Shown here in pieces: positions 55,831 through 64,000 of a stretch of DNA of 64,000 bases (within the stretch, counting starts at the first letter, position 1; each line of letters starts with the position of its first letter). The notes beneath the pieces were generated by a model. That model saw only the letters and a list, made by a program, of their open reading frames with translations. It was not told where the DNA came from and did not search any database. Source of the DNA: Candidatus Fermentibacterota bacterium (GTDB taxonomy: Bacteria; Fermentibacterota; Fermentibacteria; Fermentibacterales; JCC-6). The stretch covers positions 352,001-416,000 of the forward strand of contig CAWJQI010000005.1 in NCBI GenBank assembly GCA_963845085.1, read 5' to 3'. Position numbers and translations under genes: made by a program.

Positions 55831-56698
55831 CAACAGCTTCTGGGGTGTTGACATAGGCGGATCGACCGCCGTCATAGGCCATCTCGACCGGGAAAATGCC
55901 TTCAGGGTGGCCGAGGTGCTTGAGACCGGCCCCTGCCGTCAACCCTCCTCTGTTCTGTCTTCGATCTCGGCCGTTATCAAAAGGTTCGACCCCTCGCCCG
56001 GTGCGGTCGGAGTCGGAATGGCCGGCCTCGTCGATGTAAAAAGGGGCTTTCTCTCCTTCAGCCCGAACCTGCCTCTCTGGAACGGAACACCCATCGCATC
56101 GTCGCTGTCCAGACTGCTCGGGGGAGCTCAGGTTTTCGTGGACAACGACTGCAACGCTTTTTCCATAGGCGCCCTCCACAGGGGCGTGATCCCGGTCAAG
56201 GGGCTCTGGCTGTTCATCACCCTGGGCACCGGGATAGGCGGCACCGTCATCTCCGAGGGCAGGATCCTCTACGGGACGGGAACCTCGGGGGAGTTCGGCC
56301 ACATGACGCTCAGGGAGGGGGGACGGAAATGCACCTGCGGCCTGAGGGGCTGCTGGGAACGCTATGCGGCCGTCGAAGCCCTCGTGTCATACTACGACGG
56401 CAGAACCGAACCTAGGGTGATAGCGGGAAAGGCCAGAAAAGGTGACGAGAAGGCAAAGGCAGCCTTCACCGAGTACGGGGTCTGGCTGGGCAGGGGAATG
56501 GCGAACCTCGCAAAGTGCCTTGCTCCTGAAGGCTTCTTTCTCGGCGGCGGCCTGAGCACCTGCTACGCCCTTTTCCAGCGCCCGGCAAGACGTGAGTTCG
56601 AATCGAGATGCCCGAACCCGTGGAACGTCTCCGCCCTCGAGGACTCTTCCACTGCGGGAGCATACGGCGCTGCCGCAATGGCAGCGGAAAAATGCTGA
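55823..56698 (+). CDS. ROK family sugar kinase (glucokinase-like)
   Basis: Motifs GVDIGGS, DNDCN, TLGTGIGG, GEFGHM and CTCG.RGCWE. Confidence 0.92.
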   Translation: MSSNSFWGVDIGGSTAVIGHLDRENAFRVAEVLETGPCRQPSSVLSSISAVIKRFDPSPGAVGVGMAGLVDVKRGFLSFSPNLPLWNGTPIASSLSRLLGGAQVFVDNDCNAFSIGALHRGVIPVKGLWLFITLGTGIGGTVISEGRILYGTGTSGEFGHMTLREGGRKCTCGLRGCWERYAAVEALVSYYDGRTEPRVIAGKARKGDEKAKAAFTEYGVWLGRGMANLAKCLAPEGFFLGGGLSTCYALFQRPARREFESRCPNPWNVSALEDSSTAGAYGAAAMAAEKC

Positions 56699-58824
56699 CC
56701 CTTTTCCTGATGGTCATCTCCCAGCAGCCGCCCATGGAAAGCATGGCCTACAGCGCGGATTCGCTCGACTACACGGTCACTCCCGGAACTCTCAAGCTGT
56801 TCGGCGCCGCAAGCGTTTCGTACCTTGAAATGTCGCTCGAGGCCGACACGATAAACTACGATCCCGAACGCGAGATTCTCACGGCCACAGGCGGACCCTC
56901 GGTCACAGAGAGGGGTGAAACCGCCGAAGGCTCCGAGATGATCTATCACATCCCCAGCAGGACGGCCCGCACGACCGAGGCACTGTCGTGGTACGACGGA
57001 GCCCTCTACACCGGGGAGCGGGTGACCATGCTCAGCCGTCACGAGTTCAACGCCGAGGGCGCAAGGTTCACCACCAGCGAGCGGGACACGCTTGACTGGT
57101 GGTTCTGGTCGGCCTCGATGAAGGTGTTTCCCGACGACAAGGCCATTGCACGGCCGATAGTTCTCTACGTGGAGGATACCCCGGTTTTCTGGCTTCCCTA
57201 TGCGGTGTTCCCGATCCGGCGCGGAAGGAGCTCGGGCTTCACGCTTCCCACGATCGGGCAGTCCGGAGCCGACGGCAAATACATCAGAAAGCTTGGGTAT
57301 TACTTCGGCTTCAGCGACTACATCGACCTTCAACTCAGAACGGACATCACGGAGAAAACCCGGTTCTCTGTCTCCCTTCATGAAAGGCACCGGCTTCGAT
57401 ACGTGCACGACGGGAGGGTCAGGGTCGAGTGGAGGCGGGAATACGAGAACAGCAGGGACAGGTGGATGGTCGACCTCGGCCATGTGCACGAGCTTCCCGA
57501 CGGGACGATGCTGAAGCTGCAGGGAAGTTTTTTGAGCGACAGGAGCTACCTTGAGGACACACAGGGCGACCCGCAGGAGCGCATGAACAGGGAGGCGAGA
57601 AGCTACTTCTCCCTTTCCCGGGGGTTCGGCAGGGGCTCGCTGCAGGCGGCCGTCGATGCGACGAGATACCTCGACACCGACCCCGACAGCATAGAGAACG
57701 AGCTCAGGGATGAGATGTCACTGCCCGATGTCCAGTTCTCACTCCCATCCTCGCCCCTGTTTCCCGGAAAAGCGGTCCTCGACCAGTTCTACTGGAACAC
57801 ATCGCTCCACTACCTTGCGGAAAGCGAAACCAGAGAGCTCACGGACAGGTACGACGCGGGGTTCAGGACGGTCTCGGAACTGACTTTCTCCCAGCGGTTT
57901 TTTGGAGTGCTCGCCTTCTCGCCGAGGGCAAGGATAACCGGAACGGTTTATGACCGCGGGCTGACGGGCGACGCATACCCGGCATGGCTTCACGGATCGG
58001 TCTCCACGACACTCGGAACCGACCTCTACGGCGTTTTCGGCCCTGGGTTCGGTTTCGGCTCGCTCCGGCACACGATCAGCCCTTCCGTGACATGGTCATG
58101 GGCGCCGGACCACTACCTCGACATCAACAGCGGCACCTCCCTGCCCGTCGAGCCTGCGGACAGCCTCTACCCTGTCTTCGGCGACTTCAGCCTTCCTTCG
58201 GAGGGCAGTCTGTACGCGCTTTCGATAGTGAATCGGCTGGAGGGCAAGAACACATCGAGGTCCGGCGTGGAAAGGACCACTCTCGCCACACTTTCCCTCT
58301 CCACCACCTACAACCCCGAGCCGCTTCCGGACGCGGGCAGCTTTTCGAACATCTCGGCGGGCCTGGACCTCAGTCCGCTGCAGGCGGCTTCAATACGGGC
58401 GGACGGTTCCTGGGATCCCTACGCGAACAGGCTTTCCAACCTTACGCTCACGACCTCCCTTCGGCTGGCCGGTCTTGACGGGTCCTACTCGTCCGACAGC
58501 CTCGACGGGGGGGACATGCCGTGGCGGCTGAACCTCTCGCACACATGGTCGCCGTCGCTCTCCGGTGAATCGGGTGCGCTCAACAAATTGCGGCTGAACG
58601 CGTCGGTTGAGCTTACACCTGCTTGGAGTGTGGGATATCAGGGATATTATGACATCGGTGAAAACGAATTCTTAAGTCAGAGCTACACAATTGCAAGGGA
58701 TTTAGAGAGCTGGGAAGCGCTTTTTACAAGGTATGTTTCAGATATTGATACCGGATTCTACTTCCGCATCAACGTGAAAGTGTTCCCGGATATCAAGGTT
58801 GAACAGCACGCCAGCAGCTTCTAA
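56692..58824 (+). CDS. lptD: LPS-assembly protein LptD-like
   Basis: OstA-like N-domain (YSADSL.Y, L.G.A.V.Y..MSL.AD.I) and the motifs FTT, VFWLPY.VFP..RGR.SGF..P and LRHTI.P. C-terminal beta-barrel ending in F. Confidence 0.85.
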   Translation: MLTLFLMVISQQPPMESMAYSADSLDYTVTPGTLKLFGAASVSYLEMSLEADTINYDPEREILTATGGPSVTERGETAEGSEMIYHIPSRTARTTEALSWYDGALYTGERVTMLSRHEFNAEGARFTTSERDTLDWWFWSASMKVFPDDKAIARPIVLYVEDTPVFWLPYAVFPIRRGRSSGFTLPTIGQSGADGKYIRKLGYYFGFSDYIDLQLRTDITEKTRFSVSLHERHRLRYVHDGRVRVEWRREYENSRDRWMVDLGHVHELPDGTMLKLQGSFLSDRSYLEDTQGDPQERMNREARSYFSLSRGFGRGSLQAAVDATRYLDTDPDSIENELRDEMSLPDVQFSLPSSPLFPGKAVLDQFYWNTSLHYLAESETRELTDRYDAGFRTVSELTFSQRFFGVLAFSPRARITGTVYDRGLTGDAYPAWLHGSVSTTLGTDLYGVFGPGFGFGSLRHTISPSVTWSWAPDHYLDINSGTSLPVEPADSLYPVFGDFSLPSEGSLYALSIVNRLEGKNTSRSGVERTTLATLSLSTTYNPEPLPDAGSFSNISAGLDLSPLQAASIRADGSWDPYANRLSNLTLTTSLRLAGLDGSYSSDSLDGGDMPWRLNLSHTWSPSLSGESGALNKLRLNASVELTPAWSVGYQGYYDIGENEFLSQSYTIARDLESWEALFTRYVSDIDTGFYFRINVKVFPDIKVEQHASSF

Positions 58825-58838
58825 CTCCTACACACCAC

Positions 58839-58867
58839 TTGACACGGCATTCCCTTCGCCCTAAGGT
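58839..58867 (+). promoter_or_regulatory. Putative sigma70 promoter of hup
   Basis: TTGACA (58839-58844), 17 bp spacer, TAAGGT (58862-58867). Confidence 0.65.
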
Positions 58868-58913
58868 TGCAGGTAAACCGGTCCGGATCACTTGAAACAG
58901 AAAGGGGTGCAAG

Positions 58914-59186
58914 TTGAACAAGCGCGAACTCGTGGCACATGTTGCCGACCAGGCCCAGATCACCAAGAAACAGGCGGCGGAAGCCGTTGAGGCCATCCTC
59001 AGCGGAATAAGCAATTCCATCAAGAAGGGTGACAAAGTCAGCCTCGTGGGCTTCGGCACCTTCAGTGTGAAGGAAAGGGCAGCCAGGAAGGGCATCGTCC
59101 CGGGTACTGGCAAGAGGATGAATTTCCCCGCCAAGAAGGTTCCCCACTTCAAGCCCGGAAAAGGCCTGAAGGAAACCGTTCTTTAG
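58914..59186 (+). CDS. hup: DNA-binding protein HU
   Basis: Motifs MNKRELV, GDKVSLVGFGTFSV.ERAARKG and P.FKPGK.LKE. TTG start. Confidence 0.95.
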   Translation: MNKRELVAHVADQAQITKKQAAEAVEAILSGISNSIKKGDKVSLVGFGTFSVKERAARKGIVPGTGKRMNFPAKKVPHFKPGKGLKETVL

Positions 59187-59198
59187 GTGATGTCCCTT

Positions 59199-59231
59199 GA
59201 TGGGGGGCGGTGCGTCGCGCCGCCCCCCATC
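59199..59231 (+). terminator. Hairpin terminator after hup
   Basis: Perfect 12-bp stem GATGGGGGGCGG/CCGCCCCCCATC. Confidence 0.7.
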
Positions 59232-59245
59232 TTCATATTACAGCC

Positions 59246-60049
59246 ATGACAAAAACATCATGGTCAGCCGTGATCACCACCTACAACAGCAGCGCAACCC
59301 TGGGGAGCGCCCTCGACTCCCTCCTTGCGCTTCGGGAGGATGAGCGCCCCGTTGACATCACGGTGGTGGACAACGCCTCCAGCGATGAAAGCAGGGAAGT
59401 CGCGGCAGGCAAACCCGGGGTCACACTGATCGCAAACCCGTTCAACATGGGGCTGGCGGGGGCCAACAATCGGGGCGCCGCAATGGCCAAGGGGGAAAAC
59501 CTGTTTTTCCTGAACCCCGATGTGACAGTTCTTCCCGGAGCCGTAACCGCGCTTGCCGACTTCTCGGCCTCACACCCGTCCGCAGCGCTTCTGGGGCCCG
59601 CGATGACCAGCGGAAGCGGCGTTCTGCAGTCCACCGCGCGCACATGGCCGTCGCTTGCTTCCGTGGCTGCGCGGCGGACGGCATTCGGCCGAACGCGCGC
59701 CGGCAGGAACCTTGTCGGCACGCACCTCAACCGTTTCCACACGGCGCGGCCGGAAATGGTCCACTGGCTCGTCGGCGCCGCGCTGTGGCTTTCACCTGGG
59801 GGCAGGAGTACCGTCGGTCTGATGAACGAGGCATACTTCCTCTACTTTGAGGATGTGGAATGGTGCTGGAGGGCCTGGAAGGCGGGAATGGAAGTCTGGT
59901 TCGTACCCGATGCCGTCATTCTCCACGAGTGCCGCAGGCAGAGCGCTGACGGGGCAGGCAGTGCCGCACTGCATCACTTCCGCAGCATGCTGAGGTTCTA
60001 CTCGACGCATCCTGCGGCTGCACTGGGAAGGGGTCCGGGGCGGAAATGA
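59246..60049 (+). CDS. GT2 family glycosyltransferase (WbbL-like)
   Basis: Motifs VITTYNS, VVDNASSD, NMG.A.ANNRG, FLNPD and YFLYFEDVEWC.R. Confidence 0.9.
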   Translation: MTKTSWSAVITTYNSSATLGSALDSLLALREDERPVDITVVDNASSDESREVAAGKPGVTLIANPFNMGLAGANNRGAAMAKGENLFFLNPDVTVLPGAVTALADFSASHPSAALLGPAMTSGSGVLQSTARTWPSLASVAARRTAFGRTRAGRNLVGTHLNRFHTARPEMVHWLVGAALWLSPGGRSTVGLMNEAYFLYFEDVEWCWRAWKAGMEVWFVPDAVILHECRRQSADGAGSAALHHFRSMLRFYSTHPAAALGRGPGRK

Positions 60050-61458
60050 ACCAGTCGCATGCCAAATGGGTACTCCCGCTTGCAGCTCTCGACCTTCTTC
60101 TCCTCACCGGCGTCTTCATGCTCGGTTACTGGGTGAGGCACTTCCTTCTTGCACCCCTCATGGGAAGCGACTTCAGGCTGTCGGGGTTCCACTACCTCGC
60201 CAGCGGGACCGTTCTCGGGGTCATCCAGATCTCCCTGATGAGCATTTTCGGTGCGTACCGCAGGGAGTTCGGCCTGGGCAAGGTCGAGGAGGTTGCAGCT
60301 GTCATAAGGGCCGCCTTCATGGGAACGGTGATAACATTCGCAATCACTTTTCTGACAAGACAGCTGTTCTTCAGCCGGTTCGTGCTTCTGTTCGCGCTTC
60401 CCGCGGGCGCGGTGCTGGTGAGTTTCTGGCACACCCTGTACAGACGCCTCAGCCGGAGCATGGACAGACGAAAGGGCCGCCCCAGACGGGTCGTGCTCTA
60501 CGGCACGGGCTCCCTCGCGCGCGAGCTGTCCGACTACATGACCGCGAGGGCGCAGCTTCACTACTCGGTCGAGGGCTTCATTGCCCCCGACACGTCCTCC
60601 GAGACGGCAGTGGTTGAGGCCACGCTCGACTCTCTCGGGTGGGCAGACTGGATGGAAACGCACGGCATAAGGGACCTGGTGGTTGCCGACATGTCGCTTT
60701 CAAGGGACGAGCGGGCAGCGGTGCTGATGCTCTGCGAGCAGAGGGGGTTTTCCTACAGGATGGCTGCGGACCTGTACACCATGGTCAGCCTGACCTCACG
60801 GGTCGTGAACATGGCGGGAAACACCATGGTCGAGTCGGTCCCTCCTCCCCTCGATACGACCGGGCGGTTGTTGAAAAGGGCATGCGACATCCTGGGGAGT
60901 TCCATCATCATGATACTTCTGGCGCCGTTTTTCCCCATTTTCGCGCTGCTGATCACCGCAGGGTCTCCGGGAGGCGTCTTCTTCTTCCAGACCAGGCTTG
61001 GCAAGAACAACAGGCCCTTCAGGATCGTCAAGTTCAGATCAATGAGGACCGGGGCACACGGAGAGCGCGAGCAGCTGAAGGATCGAAACGAGAGCACCGG
61101 ACCGCTTTTCAAGATGAAGTCCGACCCCCGCGTGACACCCTTCGGCCACATCATGCGAAGATGGAGCCTCGACGAGCTTCCGCAGCTCTACAATGTCCTC
61201 GTGGGGGACATGAGCCTTGTGGGACCCAGACCACCCATCCCCGAAGAGGTCAACGAATACAGCCGCCGCGACTTCAAACGGCTGCGGACCGTGCCGGGTC
61301 TCACCGGCGTCTGGCAGGTTTCGGGGCGGAGCGAACTCGGTTTCGAGGAAATGGTCAAACTCGACCTGTTCTACGTAGACAACTGGAGCATCTGGCTCGA
61401 TCTTGCGATCCTGCTTCTCACGGCCCCCGCGATCCTCTCCGGTGAGGGCGCCTACTGA
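60046..61458 (+). CDS. Polyprenyl-phosphate hexose-1-phosphate transferase (WcaJ/WbaP-like)
   Basis: Four N-terminal TM segments, then KRACDI, KFRSM, DPRVT..G..MRRWSLDELPQL.NV..GDMSLVGPRP, PGLTG.WQVSGRS and DL.YV.NWS. Confidence 0.94.
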   Translation: MNQSHAKWVLPLAALDLLLLTGVFMLGYWVRHFLLAPLMGSDFRLSGFHYLASGTVLGVIQISLMSIFGAYRREFGLGKVEEVAAVIRAAFMGTVITFAITFLTRQLFFSRFVLLFALPAGAVLVSFWHTLYRRLSRSMDRRKGRPRRVVLYGTGSLARELSDYMTARAQLHYSVEGFIAPDTSSETAVVEATLDSLGWADWMETHGIRDLVVADMSLSRDERAAVLMLCEQRGFSYRMAADLYTMVSLTSRVVNMAGNTMVESVPPPLDTTGRLLKRACDILGSSIIMILLAPFFPIFALLITAGSPGGVFFFQTRLGKNNRPFRIVKFRSMRTGAHGEREQLKDRNESTGPLFKMKSDPRVTPFGHIMRRWSLDELPQLYNVLVGDMSLVGPRPPIPEEVNEYSRRDFKRLRTVPGLTGVWQVSGRSELGFEEMVKLDLFYVDNWSIWLDLAILLLTAPAILSGEGAY

Positions 61459-62978
61459 CCCAGTTGTTCCATTCTTGTCAGCACGGCCTGGGTTGCAGCG
61501 TAGACCGGCGCGATGCCGGACTCGCCCAGCGGCACGGCCAGCGTATCGCCCTGAAGAGGGGCATCCGATGCATAGTAGACCACACCGACGGGCAGCTTTC
61601 CCCTGATCCTTTTCCTGAGGAACGCCTGCAGAAGGGCTCTGACATAAGGAATGCCCTCCATCTCTACACCCAGGGCCTTCCAGTTGTCCCTGAAGTACTC
61701 CAGAACATCCCTGTTCTGCATGAATGTGCCGTCAACCGTGAGCATGGGTCCGCCGGTATGGACCTTGAACGGGAAGTCGTCCGGGAAGTCGCCGGGGGTG
61801 AGGCAGTTCTCAACGGGATACACATCACCGGTGCCCTGTTTGACGAAATACGACGGGAGCATGACGTCTCCCCTTGCGCCGGTCAGCGTTCCCGCCTTCC
61901 CGATGATGAAAACGCTGCAAAGCCTGTCACCGAGGGATTCACACAGCTCGTTGAACAGGAAGAACCCCTCTTCGCCGAAGGCGTAATCCATATTCACGAT
62001 GGTCTCCGAGCCGAAAACCCTCGCGGTCTGGCAGAACGGCATGTCATCGGGCACGGGGACCGTTTCGATCCCGGCTTCCCTGTCCACCCGCAACCGCTCC
62101 GCGGAAGTTTCCGGGTCGTCAAGCAGCCTTCGAACCTCGCTCCAGCCGGCGCCCCCTTTCCTGTGCGCTGAGACCCAGGGGGAAAGCACATTCACCAGGC
62201 TGTGCCTGTTGCTGCTGACAAGGTGCACCCGGCTGCACCCGTCGACTGCGGTCTTCACAACGGCGGCCCAGTGTTTTGCCCTTCTGTTGTAGCTTCCGAT
62301 AAGGCCGAACCTGTCGGTGAATGTCACCTTCAGGGCCCTGCTGTCGGTTTTGACCGTTGTCAGGACGAACTCGGCAAGCTCTCCGCCGAGAAGTTCGTCA
62401 AGTTCGACCAGTTCGTCGTATCCGCACCGGAATTCCACTGAAAGGGCGTGGAAAAGGCTGTTTCTCGCCGCACCCTCAGCTGGGGCGCCAAGGCTGTCCC
62501 AGAGGGACGGACCCTGGTTCGGAAACTCGTCCTTCAGCGATGAGGCGGCTTTCAGCCTCATCTTGTCCGTCTCGATCTGGTAGCACGTCAGCGCGCTGAT
62601 GAAGTCCAGCAGGTCGCTCATCCCCCCCCTGAAGGAGGTGACGAGGCTGGATGGACCGGTCATGAAGGTGGATCTTCTTCGGCTTTTGGTGCTGACCGGG
62701 CTGAAATCCCTTGCGACCATCGGAGAGATGCTTCGCGCCACCGTGAAGTCGCGCACGGTCCAGATCCGCTCGGGAAGCCTCTGCAGCACGTAACTGAGAG
62801 CCTGAACGTCGATCCGGTCAGGGTCGGCGGCATGCGGGTACAGCGATGGCGCCGAGAGTATCATCAGCCTTCGCAGCCCGGCTCCGGAATCACCCCCCGG
62901 TTTGTAGTATCCCCGCAGGATGATCCCCCTGGCAAGGGTCGTGAATTCCTCAACGGCCAACCTGTTTTCTATTCCCAT
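61452..62978 (-). CDS. DUF6909-like protein with a C-terminal nucleoside-phosphorylase/AMP-nucleosidase-like fold
   Basis: Motifs RGYYKPGG.SG, YVLQRLP, SRRR, SSNRHS..N, MDYAFGE, IIGKAG, GPMLTV.GT..QN, GVEMEG and YYASD. Start set at ATG 62978. Confidence 0.75.
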   Translation of the reverse strand: MGIENRLAVEEFTTLARGIILRGYYKPGGDSGAGLRRLMILSAPSLYPHAADPDRIDVQALSYVLQRLPERIWTVRDFTVARSISPMVARDFSPVSTKSRRRSTFMTGPSSLVTSFRGGMSDLLDFISALTCYQIETDKMRLKAASSLKDEFPNQGPSLWDSLGAPAEGAARNSLFHALSVEFRCGYDELVELDELLGGELAEFVLTTVKTDSRALKVTFTDRFGLIGSYNRRAKHWAAVVKTAVDGCSRVHLVSSNRHSLVNVLSPWVSAHRKGGAGWSEVRRLLDDPETSAERLRVDREAGIETVPVPDDMPFCQTARVFGSETIVNMDYAFGEEGFFLFNELCESLGDRLCSVFIIGKAGTLTGARGDVMLPSYFVKQGTGDVYPVENCLTPGDFPDDFPFKVHTGGPMLTVDGTFMQNRDVLEYFRDNWKALGVEMEGIPYVRALLQAFLRKRIRGKLPVGVVYYASDAPLQGDTLAVPLGESGIAPVYAATQAVLTRMEQLGQ

Positions 62979-63179
62979 CTTGCTCCTCGTTCCCGAAGGC
63001 AATATGCTCCTGTCCTTGGAAGAGGGAAACCCCCTTATGCAGGAAGGGCTCTTTTTTGCACCGTCCAATGCCCGGGCAACAAGCAAATGCCTTGACAGCC
63101 GCAGTTTCCGGAAACGGCGGATCGGGCAATATTTTTGCTTATTACAGGTTCACACCCATCACGAAAGGAGCCTTAAGGT

Positions 63180-63521
63180 ATGAAGCAGATCAAAGGCAGT
63201 GAGATGAAGGCACTTGTTGCCGACACAACCAGGATTTCGCTTGTCGATTTCAGTGCGACATGGTGCGGTCCGTGCCAGATGGTCCACCCTGTCCTCGAGG
63301 CGCTCAGCACAGAAATGGCCGACAGTGTGAACTTCTTCAAGATCGATGTTGACGAAAGCCCGAACGAGGCCGGAGCCATGGGGGTCAGAGGCGTTCCCAC
63401 CATGATCATCTTCCACGGTGGCCGGGAAATCGACAGACAGGTCGGTTTCAGGGACAAGGCCGACCTTCGGAAAACCCTTGAAGGTCTTGCCGGAAAGTTT
63501 CTCTCCCGGGGAAACGCCTGA
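63180..63521 (+). CDS. trxA: Thioredoxin
   Basis: Motifs LVDFSATWCGPCQM, KIDVD and VRGVPT. Confidence 0.95.
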   Translation: MKQIKGSEMKALVADTTRISLVDFSATWCGPCQMVHPVLEALSTEMADSVNFFKIDVDESPNEAGAMGVRGVPTMIIFHGGREIDRQVGFRDKADLRKTLEGLAGKFLSRGNA

Positions 63522-63524
63522 TCG

Positions 63525-64000
63525 ATGGAACTGAGGTTGAACCGGAGCGATTTCTCCGGGGACGGGAAAAACACCTTCGACCTTGTTATTGCAGGGGGCG
63601 GGCCTGCGGCACTTTCCGCCGCCCTTTACGCAGCAAGGTACGGCATTGACCACGTGGTGCTTGAAAGCTGGCAACCGGGAGGTCAGGCGGCTCTCACCGC
63701 ACTTATCGAGAACTACCCCGGGGTTCCATCGGTCCCGGGCGCGAAGCTCGCCGGCCTGATGAGGGCGCAGGCTGCCGACGCGGGGGCGCAGTTCAGGTCG
63801 GAAAGCGCTGTCGGCGCGGAGTCAGACGGCGACAGGATAATCGTCCGCAGCGATTCGGCGACCCTTTCCGCACAAACGCTCATCATTGCCACAGGCTCGT
63901 CGCCCGCAAAGCTCGGTGTTCCCGGCGAGGACAGGTACTACGGCAGGGGAGTGAGTTTCTGTGCCACCTGCGACGCCCCATTCTACAGGGGGAAACGCGT
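63525..64000 (+). CDS. trxB: Thioredoxin-disulfide reductase (5' part, runs off the window)
   Basis: Hand translation from ATG 63525: FDLVIAGGGPAALSAALYAAR, GGQ, IENYPG, IIATGS, LGVPGE..YYGRGVSFCATCDA. Absent from the ORF track because there is no stop in the window. Confidence 0.95.
   Translation, partial: MELRLNRSDFSGDGKNTFDLVIAGGGPAALSAALYAARYGIDHVVLESWQPGGQAALTALIENYPGVPSVPGAKLAGLMRAQAADAGAQFRSESAVGAESDGDRIIVRSDSATLSAQTLIIATGSSPAKLGVPGEDRYYGRGVSFCATCDAPFYRGKR

Noticed and set aside
1..64000. Mobile elements, prophage, defence systems, rRNA or tRNA
   Set aside because: No transposase, integrase, phage structural, cas, restriction-modification or toxin-antitoxin motifs were recognised. 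Almost all of the sequence is accounted for by the listed genes.

Overview
GC-rich bacterial chromosomal window made mostly of housekeeping and anaerobic-energy genes. I saw no CRISPR array, rRNA, tRNA, transposase or prophage. From left to right it holds: the start of the dcw cluster (mraZ-rsmH-ftsL) with a five-repeat MraZ operator; a ugd/wbpA/SLBB/wzc polysaccharide operon; rnfCDGEAB running directly into selA-selB; a small accessory patch (a secreted protein with a C-terminal TWxxIK motif, a 36-aa Lys/Ala-rich protein, and a 2x[4Fe-4S] ferredoxin carrying a signal peptide and a T9SS-like C-terminal domain); an arsR-arsP-trx-trx-ccdA operon; MFS, mgtE and bacterioferritin genes; a GT2-asnB-oxidoreductase cluster; iorAB; a frameshifted CPA2 antiporter; a probable 6S RNA ahead of a DUF1846 gene; hydGFE; rsmB; a NifU-like gene; hppA; split heptose (rfaE) genes; rpoZ; a duplicated PrsA-like foldase; LpoA-like, ROK and lptD genes; HU; glycosyltransferases; and trxA-trxB. 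The gene set points to a diderm, anaerobic, H2-producing fermenter. An FCB-group candidate lineage such as Fermentibacterota is my inference from protein motifs, not a database result. The most unusual items are the apparently secreted ferredoxin, the repeated ultra-short uncharged signal peptides, the TWxxIK tail, the rnf-selAB linkage, and the 6S-like RNA with a competing hairpin. All protein family calls come from motif recognition by eye.
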